The translations under genes were made by a program, and so were the position numbers. From assembly GCA_963791045.1 (NCBI GenBank), contig CAWBQK010000017.1:64001-128000 (forward strand): a stretch of 64,000 nucleotides of DNA. Reading direction: 5' to 3'. Under the pieces are notes generated by a model that was not told the origin of the DNA, did not search any database, and worked only from the letters and a program-made list of their open reading frames with translations. Source of the stretch: Candidatus Latescibacterota bacterium. Its GTDB lineage: Bacteria; Krumholzibacteriota; Krumholzibacteriia; WVZY01. Of this stretch, positions 39,476 through 49,973 are shown in pieces. Position 1 is the first letter of the stretch; each line of letters begins with the position of its first letter.

Positions 39476-40759
39476 TCAGGCGGGCCGGTCTTTCGACCTC
39501 AGGAAAGCAGCAAGATTTATATCTTTATTTGTGAGTTGGAGTTTGCGGCGAATGGTGCGGCGGTGTTTGTGGATGGTCTGTGTAGAGAGGCCAAGCTGGT
39601 CGGCCATTTCCTTCGAAGAGTGGCCCTGTTTGATCATCTGGCAGATATCGAATTCGCGGGGAGACAACTTCGCGAGATTATTCTCGAACGTGCTGAGATC
39701 CTCTTCGACAATGGTTTGAAGCGCTTCGTCCAGGCGCTGGATTTCGGCTGGAGGCATGTGCCCGCCGGTTTCCTTGAGCCTGTCCAGCAACGGCCTGAAC
39801 AGGTTCTCGACCCGCGCGCTAAGTTCGTGGCGGTAGTCGATCTTCTCCTTTTCGATGTGCGCGAGGATTTGCTCGAGAGCGATGTTCTTTTTGGCGAGGG
39901 TCTCGCGCTCGCCGCGGAGTTCGCGCGCGGTCTGTCTCAGTTGCTCTTCCGCACGCACCCAGTCGGTTATGTCGCTGGTAACCGCCAGGGTAAAAAGTTT
40001 CTGGTCGATTTCGATAACGTCCGCCGAGAACCTGCAGATGCGCGTGTCGCCATTCTTGACGCGAAACTCCGCTTTGTAATTGCGGATGGTTCCGGCCGCC
40101 TTCAGCCTGTCGACGATATCGTCGCGCTGCGCGGGGTCTTTCCACAGATTCAAATCGAATGAGGACTTTCCGACGATATCGTCTCGTTTGTAGCCACTTA
40201 GCTTTTCGAAACCAGCGTTTGCTTCGACGATCACACCATCTTCGAGTCGACTTATGGTTATCGAAGACGGGCACGAATGAAAAGCTTTGTAGAACCTCTC
40301 TTCGGATCGGGCCAGCGCGTATTGTGTCTCTCGTTGTTTCGTAACATCGTGATAGTTGAGAACGATTTCATCGACAAACGGAGGAGATGGAAGGGTCATG
40401 CCCACCAACTCGACTATTCTCAAGGCGCCGTCCTCGCGATAGGCCCTGAGCTCGACATCATACCGTTTGCCGGGGTCATTCGTGACAGTTTCGATAAATT
40501 GCCACGCCTTGTCTCGATCGTCCGGATGAACGTTGTTCATAGACGTTTCGCCGATGATATCATCGGGATCGACGCCCAGGATACTCGTGCACGATGGACT
40601 GACGTAGAGGGTGGTGGTTTCGGTGTCAATGACTTCGACGACATCGAAAGCGTTCTCGATCAAAGATTGGAAAAGCGTCGCAAGCTCGGATTCACGTCTG
40701 TTCTTGAAAATCCTCGGAGTGGTGTTCAGAGATTCGTTATCTTTGGGTGGCTTGCTCAT
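39476..40759 (-). CDS. PAS-PAS-LuxR HTH one-component regulator
   Basis: Two PAS domains and a C-terminal LSPREFDICQMIKQGHSSKEMADQLGLSTQTIHKHRRTIRRKL. Confidence 0.9.
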   Translation of the reverse strand: MSKPPKDNESLNTTPRIFKNRRESELATLFQSLIENAFDVVEVIDTETTTLYVSPSCTSILGVDPDDIIGETSMNNVHPDDRDKAWQFIETVTNDPGKRYDVELRAYREDGALRIVELVGMTLPSPPFVDEIVLNYHDVTKQRETQYALARSEERFYKAFHSCPSSITISRLEDGVIVEANAGFEKLSGYKRDDIVGKSSFDLNLWKDPAQRDDIVDRLKAAGTIRNYKAEFRVKNGDTRICRFSADVIEIDQKLFTLAVTSDITDWVRAEEQLRQTARELRGERETLAKKNIALEQILAHIEKEKIDYRHELSARVENLFRPLLDRLKETGGHMPPAEIQRLDEALQTIVEEDLSTFENNLAKLSPREFDICQMIKQGHSSKEMADQLGLSTQTIHKHRRTIRRKLQLTNKDINLAAFLRSKDRPA

Positions 40760-40936
40760 GGTATGCAGATAGAATACACGACCGTGAATTCAATTTCAAT
40801 GTTCGAGCCACTGGCACCTGGTAAAACTCAACGGCGAGATGTGGGTTGGGGGAAGGCCCATTTGGGCGGGACAATCCGGCCGGTTCCTGTTAAAGTCATT
40901 CGCCCAAACCTTGACCGAAAAAAGAAAGAGATCGAA

Positions 40937-42253
40937 ATGACCTACAATGTCAAAGAATTGCTGCGTCTCGAGGTTGTTCCGGCGCTTGGATGCACCGAGC
41001 CGGTTGCCGTGGCGCTCGGGGCGGCGGCCGCGCTGTCTCTGCTCCCAACCAGAGATTTCGATTTCATCGAAGTGTGGGTGGATCCGAATGTGTTCAAAAA
41101 CAGCGCCGCCGTGGGGATTCCCGGCACGGGCGGTATCACGGGGCTGGATATGGCCGCCGCTTTGGGAGCTATTGCCGGCGATCCGTCCCTGGGACTCGAG
41201 GTTTTGAAACCCGTCGAATTCGGGCACGTCGACCAGGCCAGGGTATTTGTGGAGGGCGGCAATACGAAGGTCAATATTTCCCCCGAAGGGTTTGGCCTGA
41301 GCATCATGATCGTGATCAGGTCAGGTGAACACACCGGCAAAGCCGTTATACGAAATCAACACGACAATCTCGTGGAGCTTTTGCTCGATGGGGAACGTGT
41401 CACCGAGCACCCGCTTCTCTCCCGCTCAAAGGAACAGGGACCCGACCGGGTGGCGGAAGTTGAGAATGCGCTAAAATCGCTCCCGTTCGAAACGCTGTTT
41501 TCACTTATTGAAGATCTCGACGACGAAGATCTGGCGTTCATGAAATCCGGTATCGACCACAACCTCGCGCTTGCCGAGCACGGTCTCGAAGAAGGACCCG
41601 GTCTCGCCGTCGGAAAAACACTAAAGGACCTGGTCGACAAAGGCCACATGAGCGAGGATATGGTGCTGACGGCTCGGATGCTCACGGCGGGGGCGGCGGA
41701 CGCGAGAATGTCCGGGGCAAAGCTCGCAGCGATGAGTTCCGCCGGAAGCGGGAACCAGGGTTTGACGGCGGTACTTCCGTTACAGGCCGTCCAGGATGTC
41801 GTGAAAGCGGACGAAACAGTATTCTTGAAAGCAATCGCGCTGAGTCATATCGTCACCGCATACATTAAAGCTCACACGGGCCGACTGTCTGCGCTGTGTG
41901 GGTGTTCGATCGCGGCCGGCGCCGGGGCGACGGCGGGTATTACCTATATGCTCGGCGGTGACGTCCATCAGGCGTCGGGAGCGATAAAAAACCAGATCGA
42001 GGACCTGGCGGGGGTCATCTGTGACGGGGCTAAGTGTGGGTGCGCATTGAAATTAGCCACCGCCGCGGGCAACGCCGTCCAGGCGGCGTTGTTCTCCATG
42101 GAGGGGCTGAGCGTTCAGGATACCGACGGAATCATCGGCGCTTCGCTCGAGCAAACCACCCAGAATGTCGGAGCGCTCAGTCACAAGGGGATGATCGAGG
42201 CCGACCGGACGATCCTCAAAATCATGCTGGACAAGCAGTTTTCGCGGTACTAA
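40937..42253 (+). CDS. cyuA: L-cysteine desulfidase CyuA/YhaM family (serine dehydratase alpha-like)
   Basis: PALGCTEP, DARMSG, MSSAGSGNQG, GRLSALCGC and ICDGAKCGCALK. True start is ATG 40937; the upstream part of the ORF is a shadow. Confidence 0.88.
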   Translation: MTYNVKELLRLEVVPALGCTEPVAVALGAAAALSLLPTRDFDFIEVWVDPNVFKNSAAVGIPGTGGITGLDMAAALGAIAGDPSLGLEVLKPVEFGHVDQARVFVEGGNTKVNISPEGFGLSIMIVIRSGEHTGKAVIRNQHDNLVELLLDGERVTEHPLLSRSKEQGPDRVAEVENALKSLPFETLFSLIEDLDDEDLAFMKSGIDHNLALAEHGLEEGPGLAVGKTLKDLVDKGHMSEDMVLTARMLTAGAADARMSGAKLAAMSSAGSGNQGLTAVLPLQAVQDVVKADETVFLKAIALSHIVTAYIKAHTGRLSALCGCSIAAGAGATAGITYMLGGDVHQASGAIKNQIEDLAGVICDGAKCGCALKLATAAGNAVQAALFSMEGLSVQDTDGIIGASLEQTTQNVGALSHKGMIEADRTILKIMLDKQFSRY

Positions 42254-42513
42254 GCCGAAGAATATTGCAGCCGGCGAGCGATTCGAGGGCGGGTTTCCCC
42301 GGATGTATTGAAGGTTTGCTTTATATCGCGTACTCGTGTATCTTCTTCTCAAATCACGGTGATAGCGTAATCAACCCAGTTTGTAGACCGCCTGACCCCA
42401 CATCGATTCGGTGATCCATACGGCGGGTATCGGATCGGTTGGCGATTTTTGAGTTAACCCGAGCCAACAGTGTCATTGTCCGCAGTCGATATGCAATCTT
42501 TGGAGGTTTTGCA

Positions 42514-43104
42514 ATGAGATTAGCGCGCTGCTTATTTGTCCTTTTGCTGGTCGCGATCGTCGCCGGCTGCACGAGTTCCGCCGAGAAAACCCAGCAGGCG
42601 ATCGATTCCCCGATGATCGTCAAATCAAAAACTGAGCCGGGTGTGGATTTCAATAAGTTTGAGACATGGGCATGGGTGCCGCTCCAGGCGGGCGCGCAGA
42701 TCGATCCCAAAATCGACAACCCCAAATTCAAGTCGATGATCGGTGACGCGGTCGAGCGTGAGATGTACACGCGAGGATACCGACGCGTGGAGCTCCAGGA
42801 CCAGCCCAGTCTTCTTGTGAACGCACACGTCGCAGTCAATAAAATCGATGCGGACTATATCAGTGAGCATTATAACGGCGAGTATTATCCGGAATATCGG
42901 ATGGAAATTGACGGGCAAAAGCTCGCCGAAGAATGGAATGAAGGGTCGATTATACTCATTCTATTCGATTCGAAGACGATGCAGGCCGTTTGGGGAGGGG
43001 GAGTGGCGACCGAAGCGTTTGAAGATCTGCCCGAAGACGCCGTGCGTCAGAGAGTCGACAAAGGAATCCGCAAAATTATGGAGAGTCTGCCCCGGCGGCA
43101 GTAA
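42514..43104 (+). CDS. DUF4136-like lipoprotein (paralog of 27771-28376)
   Basis: Lipobox VAG-C; VDFNKFETWAW, YYPEYRM, EGSIIL and VWGG. Confidence 0.75.
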   Translation: MRLARCLFVLLLVAIVAGCTSSAEKTQQAIDSPMIVKSKTEPGVDFNKFETWAWVPLQAGAQIDPKIDNPKFKSMIGDAVEREMYTRGYRRVELQDQPSLLVNAHVAVNKIDADYISEHYNGEYYPEYRMEIDGQKLAEEWNEGSIILILFDSKTMQAVWGGGVATEAFEDLPEDAVRQRVDKGIRKIMESLPRRQ

Positions 43105-43176
43105 TTCAGATCGGATAAGCGTTTCGGATTCCAATTTGACGGAACCGCGCATGTCCGGGCTCGATCGGATTAGGAA

Positions 43177-44487
43177 TTGAAAAGATCTGTCCACACACTT
43201 CTGGTGAGGCGGCTGGCCATAGCCGCCCTCATCATATGCGTCTTGCTCGCTTCCGCTGTGTATTTGGTCGAGGGGCGCAAGGTCGGTGACGCGGCAATAA
43301 ATCGGGCCACGCAGGCGGCACGCCTGTTTAGTGCTCATGCCTCGGATCTCATGGATGAGCCAGGGCTCACGGACCATGCGGGAATTCAGGGCGAGCTCGA
43401 AGCGTTTGCATCGGTGCAGATGGCCGAGCCCACGGGGAGATTTGTATTGGTACGACTCGTGAATCTCGCGGGAGACAAACTGGCCGACCTGACAGATCCT
43501 GCTTTTGAGCGCCTCGCCGCGGCAGAGAATGTTATGGCGTCAAGGCAGATTCCAGCGCACGCCGGGGTGACGGAAACGTGGAGGGAGTCCGTGTGGGTCG
43601 ATGGCGTACCGTATATTGTCGTGGCCGCGCCGTTATGGAATTCGGGTGGTGAGGTGGTCGGAAGTTTGCAGGGTGTGTTTGCAGTCTCAGCGGCAACCGT
43701 GAAAAACCTGAGGTCTCGTCTCGCCCGCAGCATTGCCGTCGTGGTGTTGATCGTGCTGGTGACGACGGGTTTGCTCTATCCGCTTATTACAACGCTCCTC
43801 CGTCGGATGTCGAAGTTGACATACAATCTGCTGGACTCGAACCTCGAAACACTCCGGGTGCTTGGAAGCGCAGTCGCAAAACGCGATAGCGATACGGATG
43901 CCCATAACTATCGAGTTACGATTATCTCGGTTCGTCTTGCGGAAAAGATCAACCTCGAAGCTGATTTTATGAAGGGGCTTATCAAAGGGGCGTTCCTTCA
44001 CGACGTGGGGAAAATCGGGGTGCGGGACAGTGTGCTGCTGAAACCCGGGCCGTTGTCGACCGATGAGTACAACGCAATGAAGACACATGTGATGCACGGG
44101 CTCGATATCGTTGGCCGCTCGGACTGGTTGAGTGACGCCATCGATGTGGTTGGATATCACCACGAAAAGTTTGACGGCAGCGGTTACAGGAACGGCCTGA
44201 GCGGAAAGACGATTCCGGTCGGCGCGAGAATCTTCGCGATTGCCGACGTGTTCGACGCGCTGACATCGCGGCGTCCGTACAAGGAACCTTTTACGCTTGA
44301 AGAGACAATGGCGATTCTCGATAAGGGCCGGGAGAGCCATTTCGATCCGGAGATCCTCGACGCTTTCGTTGAGATCGCCGAGGGGATATATCAGAATTTC
44401 GCGGACCGTGACGATGATCTCCTTCGAAAAGAAGTGGACGAGATCATCGAACGGTATTTCCAGAAGGAAACGGCGGTTTTACTCTAA
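43177..44487 (+). CDS. Membrane-anchored HD-GYP domain phosphodiesterase
   Basis: Two TM helices with a periplasmic domain; LHDVGKIG, HHEKFDGSGYR (GYP variant) and IADVFDALTSRRPYK. Confidence 0.9.
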   Translation: MKRSVHTLLVRRLAIAALIICVLLASAVYLVEGRKVGDAAINRATQAARLFSAHASDLMDEPGLTDHAGIQGELEAFASVQMAEPTGRFVLVRLVNLAGDKLADLTDPAFERLAAAENVMASRQIPAHAGVTETWRESVWVDGVPYIVVAAPLWNSGGEVVGSLQGVFAVSAATVKNLRSRLARSIAVVVLIVLVTTGLLYPLITTLLRRMSKLTYNLLDSNLETLRVLGSAVAKRDSDTDAHNYRVTIISVRLAEKINLEADFMKGLIKGAFLHDVGKIGVRDSVLLKPGPLSTDEYNAMKTHVMHGLDIVGRSDWLSDAIDVVGYHHEKFDGSGYRNGLSGKTIPVGARIFAIADVFDALTSRRPYKEPFTLEETMAILDKGRESHFDPEILDAFVEIAEGIYQNFADRDDDLLRKEVDEIIERYFQKETAVLL

Positions 44488-44499
44488 AGGAGTCGAGAT

Positions 44500-44979
44500 A
44501 TGATGAGATTGCTGGTGGTGTGTTTGAGCGTGATGCTCGTGGCCGGTGTTCTTGGATGCGGTTCGAAGGAAGAGGCCACAGAGTCGACGGAGACGGCGAG
44601 TGCGCCAAAGGAAGAACCTCAGCTCATAGCGGTCCAGCATATCCTTATTGCGTTCGACGGTTCCTTGCCCGGCCGGACCATTGGACGGACGAAGGAAGAG
44701 GCCAAGGTTCTCGCAGAATCAGTGTTCGAGCAGGCGAAGTCGGGCGCTGATTATGACACTCTGGTAAAGGAAAACACCGACGACGCTTATCCCGGAATTT
44801 ACAAGATGGCGAATTTCAATGCCCAGGCGGATATGGCCCAGGATGTATTTCCCAGAGCCAGAATGGTACCCGCTTTTGGAAACGTTGGCTTCGTCCTTGA
44901 TGTTGGCGAAATCGGCCTCGCGGAATTCGATCCGCAGAGCAGCCCTTACGGGTGGCATGTCATAAAGCGTGTGGAGTAG
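44500..44979 (+). CDS. Parvulin/PpiC-type peptidyl-prolyl isomerase lipoprotein
   Basis: Lipobox VLG-C; QHILI, MVPAF and SPYGWHVIKR. Confidence 0.88.
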   Translation: MMRLLVVCLSVMLVAGVLGCGSKEEATESTETASAPKEEPQLIAVQHILIAFDGSLPGRTIGRTKEEAKVLAESVFEQAKSGADYDTLVKENTDDAYPGIYKMANFNAQADMAQDVFPRARMVPAFGNVGFVLDVGEIGLAEFDPQSSPYGWHVIKRVE

Positions 44980-45029
44980 CTTTCAGTTGAAACGGTTTCG
45001 ACATGCGTGACCGGGCAAAAGAAGGAAAA

Positions 45030-45350
45030 ATGAGCGGCACGATGAAGAAAAGAATCCGGTTGTTCCTGGCCGCCGTATTTTTTGGATATTCGGCGTTCAA
45101 GACGGTCAAGGTGATCGGCGGGCTGATCTCGGGCGGGCATCATGGAAGCCATGCGCCTGTGGACGGAGACGTCCTTTCCATTTTGTATTACCTGGTTTTG
45201 TATCTCGCGCTGCCGCTCCATCTGACCTGCGTGGGGTTGCTCATGCAGCGCCCATATTTACCGGCGTTGTGGCGACGAACCGTGTTTTGGGCGGTGGTTT
45301 TCTCCGGTACATGGTTGGGAATTTCCTTCATCATCAGGAAGTTTGGATGA
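45030..45350 (+). CDS. Small hypothetical membrane protein
   Basis: Three hydrophobic segments, with an AAGGA RBS before ATG 45030. Confidence 0.55.
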   Translation: MSGTMKKRIRLFLAAVFFGYSAFKTVKVIGGLISGGHHGSHAPVDGDVLSILYYLVLYLALPLHLTCVGLLMQRPYLPALWRRTVFWAVVFSGTWLGISFIIRKFG

Positions 45351-45503
45351 AGGAAAAGGCGGCCGAGGTCGGGGTTGCGCTCGGACGGGCCGTGTGTTAA
45401 TTTGATTATCTAGCAGCGAGTATCATCCACGGAATACATAATGTTATTGGTTGTCAATTTGATCGTGACTTGATCTTCGGTTGCGGAGAAAAAGGAGGCC
45501 AAG

Positions 45504-45713
45504 ATGGCAGAGAGTGTTTATAAAGTCATTGAGCTTGTAGGAACCAGCACGGAATCCTGGGAAAAAGCCGCGAAGGCGGCGGTGGCCAAGGCCGCCAAAT
45601 CGATACGCGATCTGCGGATCGCCGAAGTCATTCAGCTCGACATGCAGCTGGTTGAAGGCAAGATTGAAGCCTACAGGGCAAAAATCAGAGTGTCTTTCAA
45701 GTACGAAGACTAG
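45504..45713 (+). CDS. Dodecin (flavin-binding) family protein
   Basis: VYKVIELVGTSTESWEKAA...AYRAKIRVSFKYE, strong AGGAGG RBS. Confidence 0.92.
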   Translation: MAESVYKVIELVGTSTESWEKAAKAAVAKAAKSIRDLRIAEVIQLDMQLVEGKIEAYRAKIRVSFKYED

Positions 45714-45846
45714 AACTCACGATTTGTTTCGAAAAGCGGGGGCCTTCCGTGGCGAGGATGGCCCCCGTGTATCATCAAGACGCGCGCTCATGGGTGCGTG
45801 TTCTTATATCGCCGTATAAAAACGAAACCAAGGAAAGGAGCTCGTA

Positions 45847-46446
45847 ATGAGTGTACTTGTTGCAAACCCGGCGCCGGACTTTACAGCGCCCGCCGTGATG
45901 CCCGATGGGACGATCAAAGACGACTTTAAACTATCCGATCTCAAAGGCAAGCATGTGGTGGTGTTCTTCTGGCCGTTGGACTACACCTTTGTGTGTCCGA
46001 CGGAGATCATCGCTCACGATCACCGAATGGAAGAGTTCAAGAAACGCGGGGTCGAGGTCGTCGGTGTTTCGATTGACTCGCAGTTTACGCATTTTGCGTG
46101 GCGGAACACTTCCGTCGAGACCGGCGGGATCGGGGCGGTTCAGTTCCCGATGGTCGCCGATGTCAAACACGAGATCACGCAATCGTTTGGAATAGAGCAT
46201 CCCGCGGGTGTCGCGCTGCGCGCGTCTTTCCTCATCGACAAGGAAGGAATCGTCCAGCATCAGGTCGTCAACAACCTGTCCCTGGGCCGAAATGTGGATG
46301 AGATGCTGCGCCTGATCGATGCCCTCCAGTTCACTGAAAAACACGGGGAAGTGTGCCCCGCGGGTTGGCAGGACGGCGACAGCGGAATGAAAGCGACGAC
46401 GGACGGAGTCGCCGACTACCTGTCCAAGAATTCGGATAATCTGTAG
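45847..46446 (+). CDS. ahpC: 2-Cys peroxiredoxin (AhpC/Prx1)
   Basis: PLDYTFVCPTE and GEVCPAGW. Confidence 0.93.
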   Translation: MSVLVANPAPDFTAPAVMPDGTIKDDFKLSDLKGKHVVVFFWPLDYTFVCPTEIIAHDHRMEEFKKRGVEVVGVSIDSQFTHFAWRNTSVETGGIGAVQFPMVADVKHEITQSFGIEHPAGVALRASFLIDKEGIVQHQVVNNLSLGRNVDEMLRLIDALQFTEKHGEVCPAGWQDGDSGMKATTDGVADYLSKNSDNL

Positions 46447-46662
46447 AACAAGAAGATTGCCTCGGGCCCGGTCCAGACGGGCTGATATCGAGACATAATC
46501 AAAGAAGGCGCCGCTGTCAACTGTGACGGTGGCGCCTTTCTTTAGGGCTTGCCATTTGTCGGGTTTACCTGCCACCATATAACATCCCGTCTGAGACCGG
46601 TGGGTGCTTTTAGTTGGCGCTCGCGGCAAGAGCGTGGTGGGTGATTTCAAAGGAGACAAAGG

Positions 46663-48114
46663 ATGCTGAGTAACCGGCGTTTGGCGGCAAATATTCTTGT
46701 AATTTTGTTCTGTTGCGGATTGTTGGCCGTCTCTTGCACGACCGACTATGTGACGGGCAAGAAAACCTTCTCGCTCGTGAGCGAATCGCAGGAAGTGGCG
46801 ATGGGGAAGGACGCCGATCCACAGATCGTGGCGCAATACGGTCTCTACGACGATCCGGATATGGGAGCATACATCGATGGTATCGGACAGGCCCTGGCCG
46901 GCAAATCGCACCGCCCGCAGCTCGAGTACACGTTTCGGGTGCTCGACAGTGAGATTGTCAATGCCTTCGCCCTCCCAGGCGGGTGGGTGTATGTGACGCG
47001 GGGGATTCTCGCGAACTTCAATTCCGAAGATGAACTTGCCGGCGTTCTGGGTCATGAAATCGGGCACGTGGTGGCGCGGCACGGCGCCGAGCAGATGTCC
47101 CGGCAACAAATCGCGTCACTCGGGGTGGGTCTGGGGTCGGTGCTGCTCGAGGATCTCGATGAAATCGTGCAGGCCGCCGGGTTTGGCGTGCAGCTGCTTC
47201 TGCTCAGGTACAGCCGGGCACAGGAATCCGAATCCGACCAACTCGGCGTCGAATACTCGACGAAGCTCGGTTACGATTCACACAAGATGGCGGGGTTTTT
47301 TGAAACCCTCGATAGAATGAGCGCGGAAAGTGGACAGAGTTTGCCGTCATTCATGTCGACGCACCCCGATCCGGGTGATCGGGAAGTGCGCGTGCATACG
47401 CTCACCGACGAGTGGCGTCAGAAGGTCAACTATGTTCCTTTGAACAAAGAGCCGGGGGATTATTTGAAACGACTGGATGGGATGGTATACGGCGCTGATC
47501 CGCGGCAGGGGTACGTGGATGGGCAGGTGTTCTACCACCCGACGTTGGCTTTCCAGTTTCCCGTTCCCCCGGAATGGCAGTTGATTAATACGATTACTGC
47601 CGTGTTTTTGCTCAGTCCGGACAAGAAAGCGATCGTGCGCATGACCCTGTCCGAGTCGGGGATGGCGGCGGACGCAGCGGCGGAATTTGTCGAGAAGAAC
47701 GGCGTGACGGTTACGAGTCGTCAAAGCAAAATGTTGAACGGATATCCCACCACGATATTGATTTCGGAACTAAAGGAGGAGGACGGGGTGCTCAAAATCC
47801 TGTCGTACTTCGTGGACAGGAACAGCACCGTATACGTGTTTCACGGCTACAGCGCCAGTGTGGATTTCGACACCTACAGCGCATCGTTCCGGTCGGTGAT
47901 GGAGGGCTTTAACAACGTGACGGACAGCGCGGTTTTGAATATACAGCCGATGCGCATTAAGATAAGACAGGCGCCGAGAAGCGGGTCGCTGTCATCGATT
48001 TTCGAATCCCTTGGGGTGGACAGGGATGACTTTGAAGAGTTGGCGGTCTTGAACGGCCGCCATCTGCAGGATTCGATCGACAAGGGTGCGACGATCAAAG
48101 TAATCGGGAAGTGA
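46663..48114 (+). CDS. M48 family zinc metalloprotease lipoprotein with a C-terminal extension
   Basis: NAFALPGG, GHEIGHV (HExxH), YSRAQESESD and STHP. Confidence 0.92.
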   Translation: MLSNRRLAANILVILFCCGLLAVSCTTDYVTGKKTFSLVSESQEVAMGKDADPQIVAQYGLYDDPDMGAYIDGIGQALAGKSHRPQLEYTFRVLDSEIVNAFALPGGWVYVTRGILANFNSEDELAGVLGHEIGHVVARHGAEQMSRQQIASLGVGLGSVLLEDLDEIVQAAGFGVQLLLLRYSRAQESESDQLGVEYSTKLGYDSHKMAGFFETLDRMSAESGQSLPSFMSTHPDPGDREVRVHTLTDEWRQKVNYVPLNKEPGDYLKRLDGMVYGADPRQGYVDGQVFYHPTLAFQFPVPPEWQLINTITAVFLLSPDKKAIVRMTLSESGMAADAAAEFVEKNGVTVTSRQSKMLNGYPTTILISELKEEDGVLKILSYFVDRNSTVYVFHGYSASVDFDTYSASFRSVMEGFNNVTDSAVLNIQPMRIKIRQAPRSGSLSSIFESLGVDRDDFEELAVLNGRHLQDSIDKGATIKVIGK

Positions 48115-48138
48115 CGATGTCCTCGGTTGGAAAATATA

Positions 48139-49759
48139 TCACGGATTGATGGAAAGCAGAGTCGGCACGACAGTTTCCTCGCCGTCGGCGAGACGAGCAA
48201 AATAACGCTGCCGTCCTTCAATTACCCAGTCGACGAGATATTCCCGGTGGTAGAAGTCCATCGCCCGGGCCTGGTATTCCGCAGCTTTCTCGTAGTGACC
48301 GCGCGATGCAAAAATTTCGGCGATCCGGGTCGAAGCAATCATCTGATAAGTGTGATCCCACCTCGGAGCCTCAATGTTTATTGTCTTATCGTAACTCTCG
48401 AGCGCCTCATCGAAGCGGCCCGCGAGAAGGTCGCATTCACCGACGTAAAACAGGGCGATGATCGAGTTATCGGATAGCGATTCGAAACGCGTGCGAATGG
48501 TCGCGAGGGAGTCGAGGTCCGAGGAATATACCTGGGCGATCCATTGGTCCATGATCATTGGGTCGGGTTGTTCAGGATAATCCGTGAAGTTCTCGATATC
48601 TTCGATCGACTTTTTGGCCTCCTCACGGAGGTGATCAAACGAGCCCCCGCTCGGCAACAGATTCAAACAACTCCATCGCCGTTTTCCGGTCTCCGCGGGA
48701 CGCATCCAGCTGCCCGAGTTCAATCCGCGCATAACCCTCGAGCCAATCGGGGTGACGGGGGGATTCGTGGATGATGCTTCGCAAACGGGCACGTGTCATT
48801 CCGGGACTGTTTACATACCTGTCCCCGTAAGCACGGTACATTTGAACCAGGTAGAGGACACTCCAGTCGACTTCACGGTGAGGCGCGCTGTACATGCTGT
48901 TGATCGCGTTTTCGACCAGTTCGTTGTTTTTTGCTATAAATCTGGGTACGAAGGGCCTTGAGATCGCAAGAGGAACTGCGCCCGTACCGAATTCCGGATA
49001 CTCGCCGCAGAATTCCTGAAGTCCGGCGAGGCCTTCCTCATATCGTCCCTCGAAATAAAAATAGACACTGTAGAGAATGAGACGCCAGTCGTTCCTCAAG
49101 AGTCCATCGTTTTCGATCGCGTAATTCAGGTACTTCAGTCCTTTGTCCCTGTCGCCGGTGGGCAAAAGGAGAAGCTTTGAAATAAACTTGTACGCGCTCG
49201 GCACCGTGTCGGCGAAATATAAGAAGGACCCGAGAAGGCCCCGCGCCGTCGCGTCATCGGGGTGAACCTCGAGGTACTTGTTAAGATCGTTCTTGCCACG
49301 TTTGGCCTCACGGCCGGCGGTGAAGAGATTCTTTGTCATGGACCTGACGTAGGCTTTGGCCATCCACGCCCATCCACGATAGAAGTAGTAGTTGATATCG
49401 GGATCGTCGTCATCGATTCGCTTCTTACACAAATCGATACACTTGTCCAGTTCCTCAAGCGAAGGTTCGGAGACGTCGCGGCCGTAATCGGTGTTCGCAT
49501 CGTGCATCGGAATAAACTGCTGGTAGCACCTCGCGCGGACGATATGGAAGAGGGGAGTCCCGTCGCACTCGACGGCGAGCGAATCCGCCATGGCGAGCGC
49601 CGTTCGGGGTCTGCCCTGGAATATCTGGCCGAGGATCTCCTGGGCCTCGTCGTAGGTCAGATCTCGCGAGGGGATGGTTTCGTCTGTGGCAGCGCCCGAG
49701 ATGGGAATTACGGCAAATAGTGACAGGGTTGTAACTAGTGTTGCAATAAAGTGTTTCAT
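48139..49759 (-). CDS. Exported TPR-repeat protein (one frameshift near 48645)
   Basis: Signal peptide MKHFIATLV... and TPR-like helices. The two ORFs join at a G5 run (AERG/SFDHLREE). Confidence 0.7.
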
Positions 49760-49973
49760 TTGTTTGTTAATGTTGTGTGTCAGGTTGTTGCCGTCAAAAC
49801 AGGGTGTCCGGAGTGCTGGCTGGCGGCGCTGGAAGTCGTGCATTCTCAGTACCACCACGACAGTTGCCGGTCCAATCATATCTTGTCCAGCCGACGTCCG
49901 ATATGGAAATCTAGCGGAGATCGGGCGTTGGCGCAATGTCAAAAGGCGGGAGTAAGTCAGGGCTGCGCGGCGC

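Noticed and set aside
40277-40936. 220-aa N-terminal extension on the cysteine desulfidase (658-aa ORF)
   Set aside because: It overlaps the PAS-LuxR gene on the other strand. The family begins near ATG 40937.
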